DNA from: Alphaproteobacteria bacterium
GTDB lineage: Bacteria; Pseudomonadota; Alphaproteobacteria; M2410
NCBI GenBank assembly: GCA_006226305.1
Contig: SBHG01000173.1
Coordinates: forward strand, 1-45,860
Length of the DNA stretch: 45,860 nt
Direction: 5' to 3'
A program made the translations under genes and the position numbers. The notes below the pieces were generated by a model. The model saw only the letters and a list, made by a program, of their open reading frames with translations, ran no database searches and was not told the origin of the DNA. Below, piece by piece: positions 9,605 through 19,437 of the stretch (position 1 is the stretch's first letter; each line of letters begins with the position of its first letter).

Positions 9605-10398
9605 AAGTCTATCAGCTGCGGATTCGTAAATCCCGCCGCTTGAAAGGATCGGAGCAACGACGGCGTAATCTCGCTCGCCGTCAAAAGCAATTGATCGGAC
9701 ACCGCCACCCGTCCCGCTGGAGGCTCATTGTCACTCAGAACCTTTTTGGTTTGCCGGGCAATCGCGGCACCGGAATCGACCCATTGTATGGGCCGGTCAA
9801 CCGCCTTGCGAAGCTCATCCCTGAGCAAGGGAAAATGGGTGCAAGCCAACACCACCGTATCAATCTGCTCGCCACGGGGCTGACAAAACAGCCCCCGAAC
9901 CGCATCTTGAACGTCTTCAACATCAAGCACGCCGTCACTCATTTTGCGCTCGGCAAGCTCCACCAGCTCCGCCGAGCCATGGCGCAAAACTTCGCAGTCT
10001 CCAGCAAATTTCAGGATTAGGTCGTCTGTATAAGGCCGGCGCACGGTCCCCGGTGTCCCCAGCAATCCAACCACCCGGCTGTGACTGACCCCGCAGGCAG
10101 GCTTAATGGCGGGCACGGTGCCGACTACGGGCACATCTACCGCCACTCGAATTTCATCAAGGGCAATCGTGCTGGCCGTATTGCAGGCCACCACCACCGC
10201 ATCAAATTCATGAGCAACCACCGCCGCACGAATAAGCTGCGGCAATCGCTCGATCAGCGCCGCATCTTCCTTGATGCCATAGGGGAAAAAGCCGTTGTCC
10301 GCCAGATACCCGAAAGAAGTGGCACATTTCTGTGCGCGTAGTTCTTTCAGAACACTCAGGCCACCCACACCGGAGTCAAAAACCAGCACTCGAGCCAT
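9601..10398 (-). CDS. murI: glutamate racemase
   Basis: FDSGVGGLSV, FPYG, ACNTAS, VPAIKPA and LACTHFP motifs. Confidence 0.97.
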   Translation of the reverse strand: MARVLVFDSGVGGLSVLKELRAQKCATSFGYLADNGFFPYGIKEDAALIERLPQLIRAAVVAHEFDAVVVACNTASTIALDEIRVAVDVPVVGTVPAIKPACGVSHSRVVGLLGTPGTVRRPYTDDLILKFAGDCEVLRHGSAELVELAERKMSDGVLDVEDVQDAVRGLFCQPRGEQIDTVVLACTHFPLLRDELRKAVDRPIQWVDSGAAIARQTKKVLSDNEPPAGRVAVSDQLLLTASEITPSLLRSFQAAGFTNPQLIDF

Positions 10399-10431
10399 CT
10401 ATTTAGTCAGATCCTCTTTAGGTTGCGCCAA

Positions 10432-11298
10432 TCAGGCCTCTGTCAGGGGCGGGTCTACCGCCTCCGGGCGTCCAGACCAGCTCCACCCGACCGTGGACCT
10501 TGAAACGCCTAAGAGTAACCCATGAAGATCACCAGGATGTGACCAAAAATTGTCTTTTTCTGTCTCCATCGAAGGTCCGCGCGGGGTGCACCGGGCACCA
10601 GCGCCCAAAAACCGGTCCACAAGCCCTTCAAAATCATGGGACTCGCAGTAGCACATATTGAGCGAATCCCCGTGTTTGGCCACATAACGCGCCATGGGAA
10701 CATCCGCCTTGACCACCTGGCTAAGCTCTATCCGGTCAAGCCGGTTGGGCGGATCAAACAGTGTGAGTGTCCCTTCATAGCCCCAGCGTTCACTGGCAAT
10801 CCCGTGAAACCGCTGCGCCTCAAGGCGAAACAATCCGGCAAAGTGCGCCGCCGCCTGCCGCCAGTCTGATTTCAGCGTATTGGTAAACTCATAAAGAAAA
10901 CTAACCGGCCCGACCCGGCGGCGCGGCGCACTTGGGCTGATCACAAGCGGCACCCCGAAGTGGTCTTTCCCGTCGAGGTAAAACTGCGCGCCATCTTCAT
11001 GCACCGCAAACCCCAAGCCTCCGATATGGGCTTTAAGCGCCGCCATATCATGGGTTGAGATCCCCCCGCGCATTAGACCCTCCCCGCGCTTGCCCAGAAA
11101 ATCCTGAGTGAGGCCCGCGCCATCAGCTTCACAAAGCTCAAGCTCGCTTTCGCCCATAGCCAATATCGTTCGCCGCGCGCCTAAAAAGGCGCTGGTGTCC
11201 TGCCGCGCCACTTCTGTACCCAGCAGCCGATTGAAAGTCTCTGCCGCCTTTTCAGCGGAGTGAACCGCCAATTGCACCCGATCAATACGGTCCATCAT
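10432..11298 (-). CDS. tandem VOC/glyoxalase-family protein (methylmalonyl-CoA epimerase-like fold)
   Basis: RIDRVQLAV...ELEL...FLGKRGEGL, with a second copy RIELSQ...YVAKHGDSL...HPGDLHG. Confidence 0.7.
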   Translation of the reverse strand: MMDRIDRVQLAVHSAEKAAETFNRLLGTEVARQDTSAFLGARRTILAMGESELELCEADGAGLTQDFLGKRGEGLMRGGISTHDMAALKAHIGGLGFAVHEDGAQFYLDGKDHFGVPLVISPSAPRRRVGPVSFLYEFTNTLKSDWRQAAAHFAGLFRLEAQRFHGIASERWGYEGTLTLFDPPNRLDRIELSQVVKADVPMARYVAKHGDSLNMCYCESHDFEGLVDRFLGAGARCTPRGPSMETEKDNFWSHPGDLHGLLLGVSRSTVGWSWSGRPEAVDPPLTEA

Positions 11299-12437
11299 GC
11301 CATACCCTCCAAAAATCGCTTCACCCGCCGCTCCACATTCTCGCGGATATTCATATAGAACAGGCTGTAATCGAAATTATGCAAACTGCCGCCGGGCCCC
11401 GCGATTGCCGACAAGCGCTCCGGCTTGTTGGAAGCGGCAATAAGCTGGCCCTCCACATTGCGGGTAGACACGTTGAAATCTTCCAGGATCTGGATATCGT
11501 AGGTATCGACGCCCATGGGTACCCCATCATAGAAAATCGACATATCGATGTTCTTGGATTTAACGCGCAAAACTCCTTTGTGCAGATCAGCGGGCGCCGC
11601 CTCTGTTCCTCTTTTCCAAAGCAGGGGATTAATCGCCACTTTTTCCTTGCCGAGCGAGGCCTCCCAGCCCTCGGGGTAATAATGGCCCACCGCCATATCC
11701 GCGACCATGTTTTCAAACCCTGCCTGGATCGTATCCCAGGTCACCACGGTCCGCAGGTCATCTGCATGTTCACTCATTTTGATTTGAGAAAGTGTGCGCT
11801 CAAATTTGTCAGTGGGGATACGTTGGCCGATGACATAGCCTGAAACAAACCTGTCAAAGAGCTCACTCCCGTCGATTTTTTCTTCAAGTAAACGGATGCC
11901 ATGATTAGACCCCTGGCTGTGCCCAGCTATGACGAAAGGTCGCCCCTTGTTGTCATGCTCTATGTAGTGCTCAAAAGCGCGCACCACATCTTCATAGGCA
12001 AACTCAAGCGCCCGGCGCCCGTTCAGCCCCCGATCGAGAAAGGAAAAGAGGGTAGCCTGGCGATAACGCGGCGCATATATGCGCGTGCATCCGTTAAACA
12101 CCGTTGCTTGCGCGGGAATGACCAGTTCATCCACCCATTCGTTGGCACGCGCGTCGCCAAGATCCGCATTCCAGTTGTGTTTACCGAAGAAGGTCGTTGG
12201 ATGAATGAAAAAGCAGTCGACCTGGGCCTTGTCTTGCCCATCGCGGCAATCACGATTGCTCGGCACCATGGTGGATTTCGCCTCAAATCCTGGCCGGACC
12301 GCCCAACTGGCCGGATCTGAGTAATCCGGCGCCGATGGCGCCAGCGCCGCATCGAACTCATGGGTCGGCATAATCTTGGACAAGAGCGCGCGAAAACCTT
12401 CCTCGCGCGCATTTCTGGGTGGTTGGGTCTCATTCAT
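11295..12437 (-). CDS. DUF3089-type alpha/beta hydrolase
   Basis: PDYS..ASWA, VDCFFIHPTT, YAPRYRQA, nucleophile motif GHSQG, and LHNFDYSLFYMNIRENV. Confidence 0.85.
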   Translation of the reverse strand: MNETQPPRNAREEGFRALLSKIMPTHEFDAALAPSAPDYSDPASWAVRPGFEAKSTMVPSNRDCRDGQDKAQVDCFFIHPTTFFGKHNWNADLGDARANEWVDELVIPAQATVFNGCTRIYAPRYRQATLFSFLDRGLNGRRALEFAYEDVVRAFEHYIEHDNKGRPFVIAGHSQGSNHGIRLLEEKIDGSELFDRFVSGYVIGQRIPTDKFERTLSQIKMSEHADDLRTVVTWDTIQAGFENMVADMAVGHYYPEGWEASLGKEKVAINPLLWKRGTEAAPADLHKGVLRVKSKNIDMSIFYDGVPMGVDTYDIQILEDFNVSTRNVEGQLIAASNKPERLSAIAGPGGSLHNFDYSLFYMNIRENVERRVKRFLEGMA

Positions 12438-12529
12438 TGCTTAAGTTCCTCCCGGCGCCGAATGATTTTTATCTTTTGCAAAACTATAGACCCCCCTGAA
12501 ACCTCTGCCAACCGATGCGGTGGTTTAAG

Positions 12530-13360
12530 TTAGATCTCAGCCTTAGCCATCATGATTTCATGACCTTCAGCGCTTTCGATCCAGAACTGACCCCCATGTT
12601 CTGCGCGCAGGCCCTTAAGCAGATAGGCCTCGTTCACAAAGAGGGGTTGAACCGCCCGAAAGGAAAAGGATTTCAGAGGACTTCCCAGGGACCGCCCGGC
12701 GAATCCGGCAAGCTGGGTTGCCATCAAGGGCCCATGCACCACAAGCCCTGGATAACCCTCCACATCGCGCACATAGGCAAGATCATGATGAATACGATGC
12801 GCATTGAAAGTCACAGCGGAATAGCGAAAGAGCAAGACCTCATCGGCCATGCAGGCTTCCTGCCAGTCCGCGTTCCTTGGATCGGTTTTGCGCCGACCGA
12901 CAAAGCCGCCCGTCGGCGCTTCCCGGTAAACAATGTCCTGCCGCTCGCGCAGACACGCCTGCCCGTCCTGCAAATAGACATGTCCCACGGACACAAAAAC
13001 GAGGGGGCCACTCTTACCTTCCTTGGTCGTCACCCCCTCGATCGTTGAAAGGCGCGTCGCCGACCCGCCCAACCGCAAGGGCAGGTCTATTGTCATCTCG
13101 CCAGCCGCCCACATGCGCCTGGGTAAAGGTACCGGTGGCAAAAAGCCCCCACGCTTGGGATGACCATCCACATCCAGGTCGTGCGCCGACACCACCGGAT
13201 TGAAATAAATCCATTGCCACCCGGGCGGCAATAAAGCACCCGCCTCAATTGTCAGATCAAGATCAAACGTTGCTGCCAACCGCCGGGCCTGTTCAACCTG
13301 CAGAGCATCTTCAACCTCTTGCGTCCGGCCAATCCAGTCCTCCAGAGATTTCCCGCTCAT
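12530..13360 (-). CDS. double hot-dog acyl-CoA hydratase (HTD2/MaoC-type; itaconyl-CoA or mesaconyl-C4-CoA hydratase-like)
   Basis: DGHPKRGGFLPPVPLPRRMWA, LFRYSAVTFNAHRIH and YPGLVVHGPL. Confidence 0.88.
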   Translation of the reverse strand: MSGKSLEDWIGRTQEVEDALQVEQARRLAATFDLDLTIEAGALLPPGWQWIYFNPVVSAHDLDVDGHPKRGGFLPPVPLPRRMWAAGEMTIDLPLRLGGSATRLSTIEGVTTKEGKSGPLVFVSVGHVYLQDGQACLRERQDIVYREAPTGGFVGRRKTDPRNADWQEACMADEVLLFRYSAVTFNAHRIHHDLAYVRDVEGYPGLVVHGPLMATQLAGFAGRSLGSPLKSFSFRAVQPLFVNEAYLLKGLRAEHGGQFWIESAEGHEIMMAKAEI

Positions 13361-13369
13361 ATGATGCTC

Positions 13370-14527
13370 TTAAAATGACTTCGGCAGTCCCAGAATATGG
13401 GTCGCCACATGAGACAGGATAAGGTTGGTCGAAATCGGCGCCACCTGGTAGAGCCGGGTCTCGCGAAATTTGCGCTCAATGTCATAGTCTTCCGCAAAAC
13501 CTGCCCCGCCGTAGGTTTGCAGGGCCGTATCCCCGGCAGCCCAGGAGGCCTCGGACGCCAGGAGCTTGGCCATATTGGCCTCGCTGCCACAAGGCTTACC
13601 ACCTTCAAAGAGCGCCGCTGCCTCGCGTACCATAAGCGCCGCCGCGCGCATCTGGGTATAGGCCCGGGCCAAAGGAAACTGGATGCCTTGGTTCTGACCG
13701 ATCGCGCGCCCGAAAACTTCCCGCTCTCCGGCATATTGGCTCGCCTTGTCAATAAACCAGCGCGCATCGCCTATACATTCAGCAGCGATCAAAATGCGCT
13801 CCGCATTCATGCCATCGAGAATATAACGAAATCCCTTGCCCTCCTCTCCGATCAACGCAGAGGCCGGGATCGGCACATTGTCGAACGTTATCTGCGTTGT
13901 GGAATGGTTCATCATGGTGCGCAGCGGTGTGATGTGCATGCCCTGAGATCTCGCCTTCGCCATATCCACCAAGAAAACCGAAAGCCCGTCGCTGGGCTTC
14001 ACACCCTCCTCGCGCGGTGTTGTGCGTGCCAGAAGCACCATGAGATCGGAATATTCCGCCCGAGAAATGAAGACCTTGGAGCCGCGAATGACATAGCCAT
14101 CGCCCTCTTTGTCGGCACGCGTTTGAATGCGGGTCGTGTCGGTGCCGCTGGCCGCTTCTGTCACGCCAAAGGCCTGAAGCCGAAGCTCGCCGGAAGCAAC
14201 CTTGGGCAAAAAGGCGGCTTTCTGTTCCGGACTGCCATGTTTGAGAAGCGTCCCCATGGTATACATTTGCGCATGGGCCGCGGCGCCATTGCCACCGCTT
14301 CCGTGAATTTCCTCCAAAATCGCGGCGGCCGCCCCAAGGCCAAGCCCGGACCCGCCATATTCTTCCGGGATGAGAACCGACAGAAACCCGCCCTCCGACA
14401 GGGCATCGACAAATTCGCTGGGATAGTTTCGGGCCCGGTCACGCTCACGCCAATAGGCGCCGTCAAACCGGGAGCATAGTTTGGCCACCGAGGCCCTTAT
14501 CTCAGCGTGATCTTCCAGAAAGCTCAT
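13370..14527 (-). CDS. acyl-CoA dehydrogenase
   Basis: IPEEYGGSGLG, QAFGVTE, GMNAERILIAAE and ERKFRETRLYQVAPISTN. Start moved to ATG 14527 (MSFLEDH) because the longer ORF overlaps the kinase. Confidence 0.93.
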   Translation of the reverse strand: MSFLEDHAEIRASVAKLCSRFDGAYWRERDRARNYPSEFVDALSEGGFLSVLIPEEYGGSGLGLGAAAAILEEIHGSGGNGAAAHAQMYTMGTLLKHGSPEQKAAFLPKVASGELRLQAFGVTEAASGTDTTRIQTRADKEGDGYVIRGSKVFISRAEYSDLMVLLARTTPREEGVKPSDGLSVFLVDMAKARSQGMHITPLRTMMNHSTTQITFDNVPIPASALIGEEGKGFRYILDGMNAERILIAAECIGDARWFIDKASQYAGEREVFGRAIGQNQGIQFPLARAYTQMRAAALMVREAAALFEGGKPCGSEANMAKLLASEASWAAGDTALQTYGGAGFAEDYDIERKFRETRLYQVAPISTNLILSHVATHILGLPKSF

Positions 14528-14591
14528 GTGGCGGAGTGTTACGCGCCGCCGCCCCCTTTTCAAGGGCTCATTGTCTGGAAAGCTTCTCGGT

Positions 14592-16544
14592 TTAAGAAGC
14601 TGTTGGACCCCCGCGCTGGGAGCGCGGCGCATGGCGTGCATCCGGCGCGGCATATCGACGGATAAGACTAAATATCTGTTCTTTGCTAACCGGCTTCGGC
14701 AGATAGTCGTCCATTCCAATCTTGATATATTCCGCGCGGTCCTCGGACACCGCATGCGCGGTCATGGCAATGATTGGCGTCTGAAACTGAACACCTGGCA
14801 ACTCGCGAATGGCTTTCGTGGCCTCAATCCCATCCATGACGGGCATTTGGATATCCATAAAGATCATGTCGTAGAAATCATTCTGGATCGCTCGAACCGC
14901 CAATTCGCCGTTTTCCACGAATTTAAAACGCACCTTGGTGCCTTTCAGAAGCGAAGTCAGAATGATCCTGTTCACACGATTGTCTTCCGCTATCAGGATC
15001 GTCGCCTGCGGCAGGTCTTCCGGCGATAACTTTTTGGCGGGAACAAAACTCTCGACCGCCTGACCGGGGTCCGTTGTCCGGCAATTGGTCGTAAACCAGA
15101 AGGTACTGCCAAGCCCGGGCAGGCTTTCGACACCGATCTCTCCGCCCATCAGCTCCGCCAATTGTTTGCAAATCGCAAGCCCAAGGCCCGTGCCCCCAAA
15201 TCGCCGACTGATCGAATTGTCAGCCTGTGAGAATTGCTCGAACAGATGGGCCTGCGCCCCTTCCACAATTCCAATGCCCGTATCGGTTACCCGACAATCG
15301 AGCACCACGTCACCTTCACAGGCCATCGCATCAAGACTTAAGGTAACCGAGCCCTTCTCGGTGAACTTGATCGCGTTGCCGACCAGGTTGAGAATGATTT
15401 GTCGCAATCGCATTTCATCGCCAATGAGCATTTGCGGAACGTGATCGGAAATTTTGACAACCGTTTCCAGGCCTTTTTGCCGCGCCTCGTTCTCAAACAA
15501 TCGCATCGCCTGATTGACAAGGTCCTGCGGTGAAAAGATATCCTCGTCCAGCTCGACTTTGCCGGCATCAAGGCGCGTAAAGTCAAGAATATCATTGATG
15601 ATGGTCATCAAAGAGTCCCCGGACTGGGAAATCACATCGAGATATTCGCGTTGCTTATTCGTTATCTCGGTATCCTTCAAAACCGATGCCATACCCAGAA
15701 TACCGTTCATCGGTGTCCGAATCTCATGGCTCATCATCGCCAGAAAGCTGGACTTTGCATTGTTGGCATGTTCGGCTTCCGACCGCGCCGCTTCTGCTGC
15801 CTGAATGCTTTTTTCAAGAGACAGGGTCTTTTCGCAAAGCGAGTCTGCCATGTCTTCAATTTCAAGCCGATGGCGAATGGCCTCGGTTATGGACGCATTA
15901 TAAACAAAGGAAAAACGGCACATGAACCCGGAGAACAAAAGGGCGGCGGCGCCAATGACAATATCGGCGCGCGTGCCCCCCAGGAAATAGACACTCGAAA
16001 ACGGCACCACGGCTGTTGCAATAAAGGCAACAGCGGCGGGCACATAAGCTGACGACGATGCCGACGAGCCTGCAAGCATGCCGGTCGCCACGACCACCAG
16101 AATGTTAAAAGATGTGGTGCCAAACTGATCAAGGAACACAAAGGCCAGAGACCCCCACATAACTCCAAGCGAAAAACTGCCAAGGGTCACCCACCGCGCC
16201 GTTTTTCGAGTGGCATGCGCTTCCACATCAGCCAGAAAATATTCGCAGTGCCATTGCCGCGCGATAACCAGAACCATCAAAACACCGAACCAAGCGGTTA
16301 AGCGGACTTCAAGCCCCGGCTGCCACAGACCAATGACAATCACCAGACCACAAAGGGCGTTGATCGGGTTTCCGGTTTTGGCGTTCTCAAACCACAGGCG
16401 CATCTTTTCACAGAACAAGCGAGCGCCACGGGCGTCATCAGCACCCGCCCGGCCATTGCGAAACAAGTCGCGCAGTCCGATGCCGCCATTGATATCCTGG
16501 GTTTCCACCAACATTGTTGTGTGCTTTCCCCTCGCCGATTTCAC
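14592..16544 (-). CDS. membrane-bound hybrid sensor histidine kinase/response regulator
   Basis: Multi-TM N-terminus, H-box [37 protein letters not shown] and C-terminal receiver (AEDN, FMDIQMP, KP). Start may be ATG 16514. Confidence 0.93.
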   Translation of the reverse strand: MKSARGKHTTMLVETQDINGGIGLRDLFRNGRAGADDARGARLFCEKMRLWFENAKTGNPINALCGLVIVIGLWQPGLEVRLTAWFGVLMVLVIARQWHCEYFLADVEAHATRKTARWVTLGSFSLGVMWGSLAFVFLDQFGTTSFNILVVVATGMLAGSSASSSAYVPAAVAFIATAVVPFSSVYFLGGTRADIVIGAAALLFSGFMCRFSFVYNASITEAIRHRLEIEDMADSLCEKTLSLEKSIQAAEAARSEAEHANNAKSSFLAMMSHEIRTPMNGILGMASVLKDTEITNKQREYLDVISQSGDSLMTIINDILDFTRLDAGKVELDEDIFSPQDLVNQAMRLFENEARQKGLETVVKISDHVPQMLIGDEMRLRQIILNLVGNAIKFTEKGSVTLSLDAMACEGDVVLDCRVTDTGIGIVEGAQAHLFEQFSQADNSISRRFGGTGLGLAICKQLAELMGGEIGVESLPGLGSTFWFTTNCRTTDPGQAVESFVPAKKLSPEDLPQATILIAEDNRVNRIILTSLLKGTKVRFKFVENGELAVRAIQNDFYDMIFMDIQMPVMDGIEATKAIRELPGVQFQTPIIAMTAHAVSEDRAEYIKIGMDDYLPKPVSKEQIFSLIRRYAAPDARHAPRSQRGGPTAS

Positions 16545-16611
16545 CCCGCCGGGCCTTCCATGAGGTCATGAAAGGCGCCGTTTACCTGACGCCCAATCTA
16601 GCCGACCCCTC

Positions 16612-16626
16612 TTAAAACATGCCTAA
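16612..16626. promoter_or_regulatory. near-consensus CtrA box (TTAA-N7-CTAA)
   Basis: ttaa aacatgc ctaa between the divergent kinase and enoyl-CoA hydratase genes; one mismatch to TTAA-N7-TTAA. Confidence 0.5.
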
Positions 16627-16732
16627 GAAGCCACCTCAGATTGTTTGTAAAAGTGCCAAAAACACTTCAAAATCAGGGAAATACCTTCTTTTTTGAGGTG
16701 TTATGGAATGTTGCCATCGAAAGGGCTCGGCC

Positions 16733-17560
16733 ATGGAACTCAAGACCATTGACTATGAACAGCGCGGCCGCGTGGCTCTCATTACCCTCGCCCGGCCACA
16801 CCGGATGAACGCCTGGACAGGCCGCATGCACACAGAATATCGCCATTGTCTGGAACAGGCAGAACAGGACGCCCGTATCGGCGCCATCGTCATCACCGGT
16901 AAGGGCAGAGCCTTCTGCGCCGGCGCCGATATGGCCGCCCTCGAAGGGCACGTCGAAAAAGGCGGGTATGATCCGGGCACGCCGGACCCCTTGGCCGAAC
17001 CGGGTTTCGGCGTCCGCCCGGAATTTGATGCCTCCTTTGCCTATCACTTCGGCCTGTCAAAGCCGGTCATCGCCGCCATCAATGGTGCCGCTGCCGGTGT
17101 CGGTCTGGTGCTTGCCTGTTTCGCCGACATTCGTTTTGCCGCCAAAGGCGCAAAATTCACCGCCGCTCATGGGCGCTTCAATTTTCCAGCTGAATTTGGA
17201 CTATCCTGGGTTTTGCCACGCCAAATAGGTCTGACAAGAGCGATGGACCTGCTTCTCACCAGCCGGATATTCTTAAGCGAGGAAGCCATGGAGATGGGTC
17301 TTCTCAACCGCCTCCTTGAAACGGAAGATGTGCTCCCCGAGGCCCTGGCCTATGCGCAAAGCCTGACAGAAAACATCGCCCCGGCTTCACTTCGGGAGAC
17401 CAAATGGCAGGTCTACACAGACCTTCACCGCGATGTGGCCAGCGCGGTCAATACCTCCGAGGAGCTGATCGAAAACCTGTCAACAGAGCCAGATTACAAA
17501 GAAGGGGTCAGGGCTTTCACGCAAAAGCAAAAACCCCATTGGCGTAAATATCAGTCCTGA
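16733..17560 (+). CDS. enoyl-CoA hydratase/isomerase family protein
   Basis: GRAFCAGADM, KPVIAAINGAAAGVG and PAEFG; start ATG 16733. Confidence 0.92.
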   Translation: MELKTIDYEQRGRVALITLARPHRMNAWTGRMHTEYRHCLEQAEQDARIGAIVITGKGRAFCAGADMAALEGHVEKGGYDPGTPDPLAEPGFGVRPEFDASFAYHFGLSKPVIAAINGAAAGVGLVLACFADIRFAAKGAKFTAAHGRFNFPAEFGLSWVLPRQIGLTRAMDLLLTSRIFLSEEAMEMGLLNRLLETEDVLPEALAYAQSLTENIAPASLRETKWQVYTDLHRDVASAVNTSEELIENLSTEPDYKEGVRAFTQKQKPHWRKYQS

Positions 17561-17566
17561 GCCCAG

Positions 17567-18364
17567 TCAGGCGCACATCCCACCGTCGATCACAAGCTCA
17601 GACCCGGTGACATACCGCGACTCGTCGCTTGCCAGAAACAGGACCCCATTCGCGATCTCAACCGGTTCAGCCGCGTGACCGATCGGAACCGCCGCCATCT
17701 CCGCAACCATTTTCGCCGACAGCGTATTGGCGCCGCCAAGGGGCGTGAGATTATCCGCTGTAGAGGCGCTAATTTTCGTCCAAATCTCGGTATCAATAAT
17801 ACCCGGGTGTACACTGTTGACCCGGATCTTGATCCCGGCCCGCGCGCATTCAATTGCCAGGCTGCGCGACAACAGACGCACCGCACCCTTTGAGGCGCTA
17901 TAAGCGGAAAGCCCCGGCGCCCCTTTCAAGCCTGCGACAGAGGAAATGTTGATAATCGAGCCGCCGCCGGACTTTGTCATGAGCGGGATCGCATGTTTGC
18001 ATCCCAAAAAAACGCCGTCCACATTGATCGCCATCATCTGGCTATAGCTTTCATAGCTCATCTCGGTAATCGCGCCCCCATTACCAATGCCGGCATTGTT
18101 AACCAGGACATCAAGACCGCCGTATTCGTCTTCAATCTCACCGATAAGCTGCTGCCAACCGGCCTCCGTCACGACGTCCTGATGCTTATAGGCCGCCTTG
18201 CCGCCGCTAGCATAGATGTCGCTGGCCAGCTTTTCCCCGCGCGCGTCCTGAACGTCGGTGATAATGACTGTCGCGCCTTCACGCGCCAGCACGCGGGCAC
18301 AAGCCTCGCCAATCCCAGCTGCACCGCCTGTAACCAATGCTATTTTTCCTGCCACACGTGACAT
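17567..18364 (-). CDS. classical short-chain dehydrogenase/reductase
   Basis: TGGAAGIG, NNAG, YSASKGAV, NSVHPG and TGSELVIDGG. Confidence 0.95.
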   Translation of the reverse strand: MSRVAGKIALVTGGAAGIGEACARVLAREGATVIITDVQDARGEKLASDIYASGGKAAYKHQDVVTEAGWQQLIGEIEDEYGGLDVLVNNAGIGNGGAITEMSYESYSQMMAINVDGVFLGCKHAIPLMTKSGGGSIINISSVAGLKGAPGLSAYSASKGAVRLLSRSLAIECARAGIKIRVNSVHPGIIDTEIWTKISASTADNLTPLGGANTLSAKMVAEMAAVPIGHAAEPVEIANGVLFLASDESRYVTGSELVIDGGMCA

Positions 18365-18482
18365 GTTTCCTCCTCCTGATCTGCGCCGACTCTAGTCGGC
18401 ATTTTGTTATTGCCCGATCTTGTCATCAAGCTAGAGTGGCGACCATCAAAAAACAACGGGCCCCACAAAAAGAGACAGCGAC

Positions 18483-18881
18483 ATGTTCGAGCTCCACCCC
18501 AGACTGGCCGAGGACACCTTGGAGATTGCCCGGTGGTCTCTCTGTCATGTGCACCTCATGAAGGACGCCCGCTACCCCTGGATCATACTTGTCCCGGCCC
18601 GCGCAAACATCCGCGAGTTTCATCATTTAGCCGAGGCCGATCAGATCACGCTCTGGAATGAAATCCGCCGCGCGTCGGAGGGGCTTGAAAAGGCAACCCA
18701 TGCGGAAAAATTAAATGTCGCGGCACTTGGCAATATGGTGCCTCAGCTTCACGTCCACATTATTGCCAGGTTTTCCTCAGACCCCGCCTGGCCCGCGCCC
18801 GTATGGGGTGTCGGGGAGGCCGTGCCTTATGATCCGGCAGACGAAAAAAAACGCATCGCAGAATTTCTGCAATGCGTTTGA
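18483..18881 (+). CDS. HIT-family hydrolase
   Basis: YPWIILVP, KLNVAALGNMVPQLHVHIIAR and DPAWPAPVWG. Confidence 0.92.
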   Translation: MFELHPRLAEDTLEIARWSLCHVHLMKDARYPWIILVPARANIREFHHLAEADQITLWNEIRRASEGLEKATHAEKLNVAALGNMVPQLHVHIIARFSSDPAWPAPVWGVGEAVPYDPADEKKRIAEFLQCV

Positions 18882-18906
18882 TCCTATCCCAATAGAGATC
18901 ATCCGA

Positions 18907-19299
18907 TTACTCGTTCCCGGACGTCTCCACTTTTTCGACTTCTTCAAACAGGCCCAGACCACAAGTCGGCCCAGAAACAGCGCCGCCGGTTAAAACCGTA
19001 ATCGTGTCCGAAGAGCAGAGCGTCGACCCATAGACCTTGTAGGAAAAGGCCTTGTAGAAATTAAGAGACGAACACTCATGCGGCAGAGTGTTAAGATAAA
19101 GACGACGGCCATTCATTTTGAAAAGAATATGCGATCCATCAAGGACCCGGGTCGTCCGGATATCGCTCAGGTCCAAACATTTTTCCGTTTCCCCGGTCTT
19201 CTGATAACCCTTGAGCACATCCGCGTCATCCGCCAGAGCGGGCGCCGAGGTACAAAAACTCATTACCAGCAGCCCCGCCGCCATTTGCTTAATCGTCAT
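18907..19299 (-). CDS. small exported Cys-containing protein (DUF6491-like)
   Basis: Signal peptide ending PALA; CL..SDIR...LD...ILF...YLN.L...C...LC..D.I...C pattern; ATG 19299 behind GGAGG. Confidence 0.65.
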   Translation of the reverse strand: MTIKQMAAGLLVMSFCTSAPALADDADVLKGYQKTGETEKCLDLSDIRTTRVLDGSHILFKMNGRRLYLNTLPHECSSLNFYKAFSYKVYGSTLCSSDTITVLTGGAVSGPTCGLGLFEEVEKVETSGNE

Positions 19300-19437
19300 G
19301 TGATCCTCCTTGTCTCGGGTCAGCGACTTTGCAGTCGCTTTCTGTCGCCCCACAGCCGAGAAGATAAACCTATTATGATTTGTTGAAATTACAAGAAAAT
19401 GACGCCGGACATCATCACACCCACGGCACTTTGCAAC

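Noticed and set aside
13397-14479. Long antisense or alternate-frame ORFs (e.g. 13397-14479+, 8288-9130-, 2603-3325-, 42998-43804+, 40132-40635-)
   Set aside because: They are shadows of well-supported genes on the opposite strand in GC-rich DNA and have no motifs of their own.
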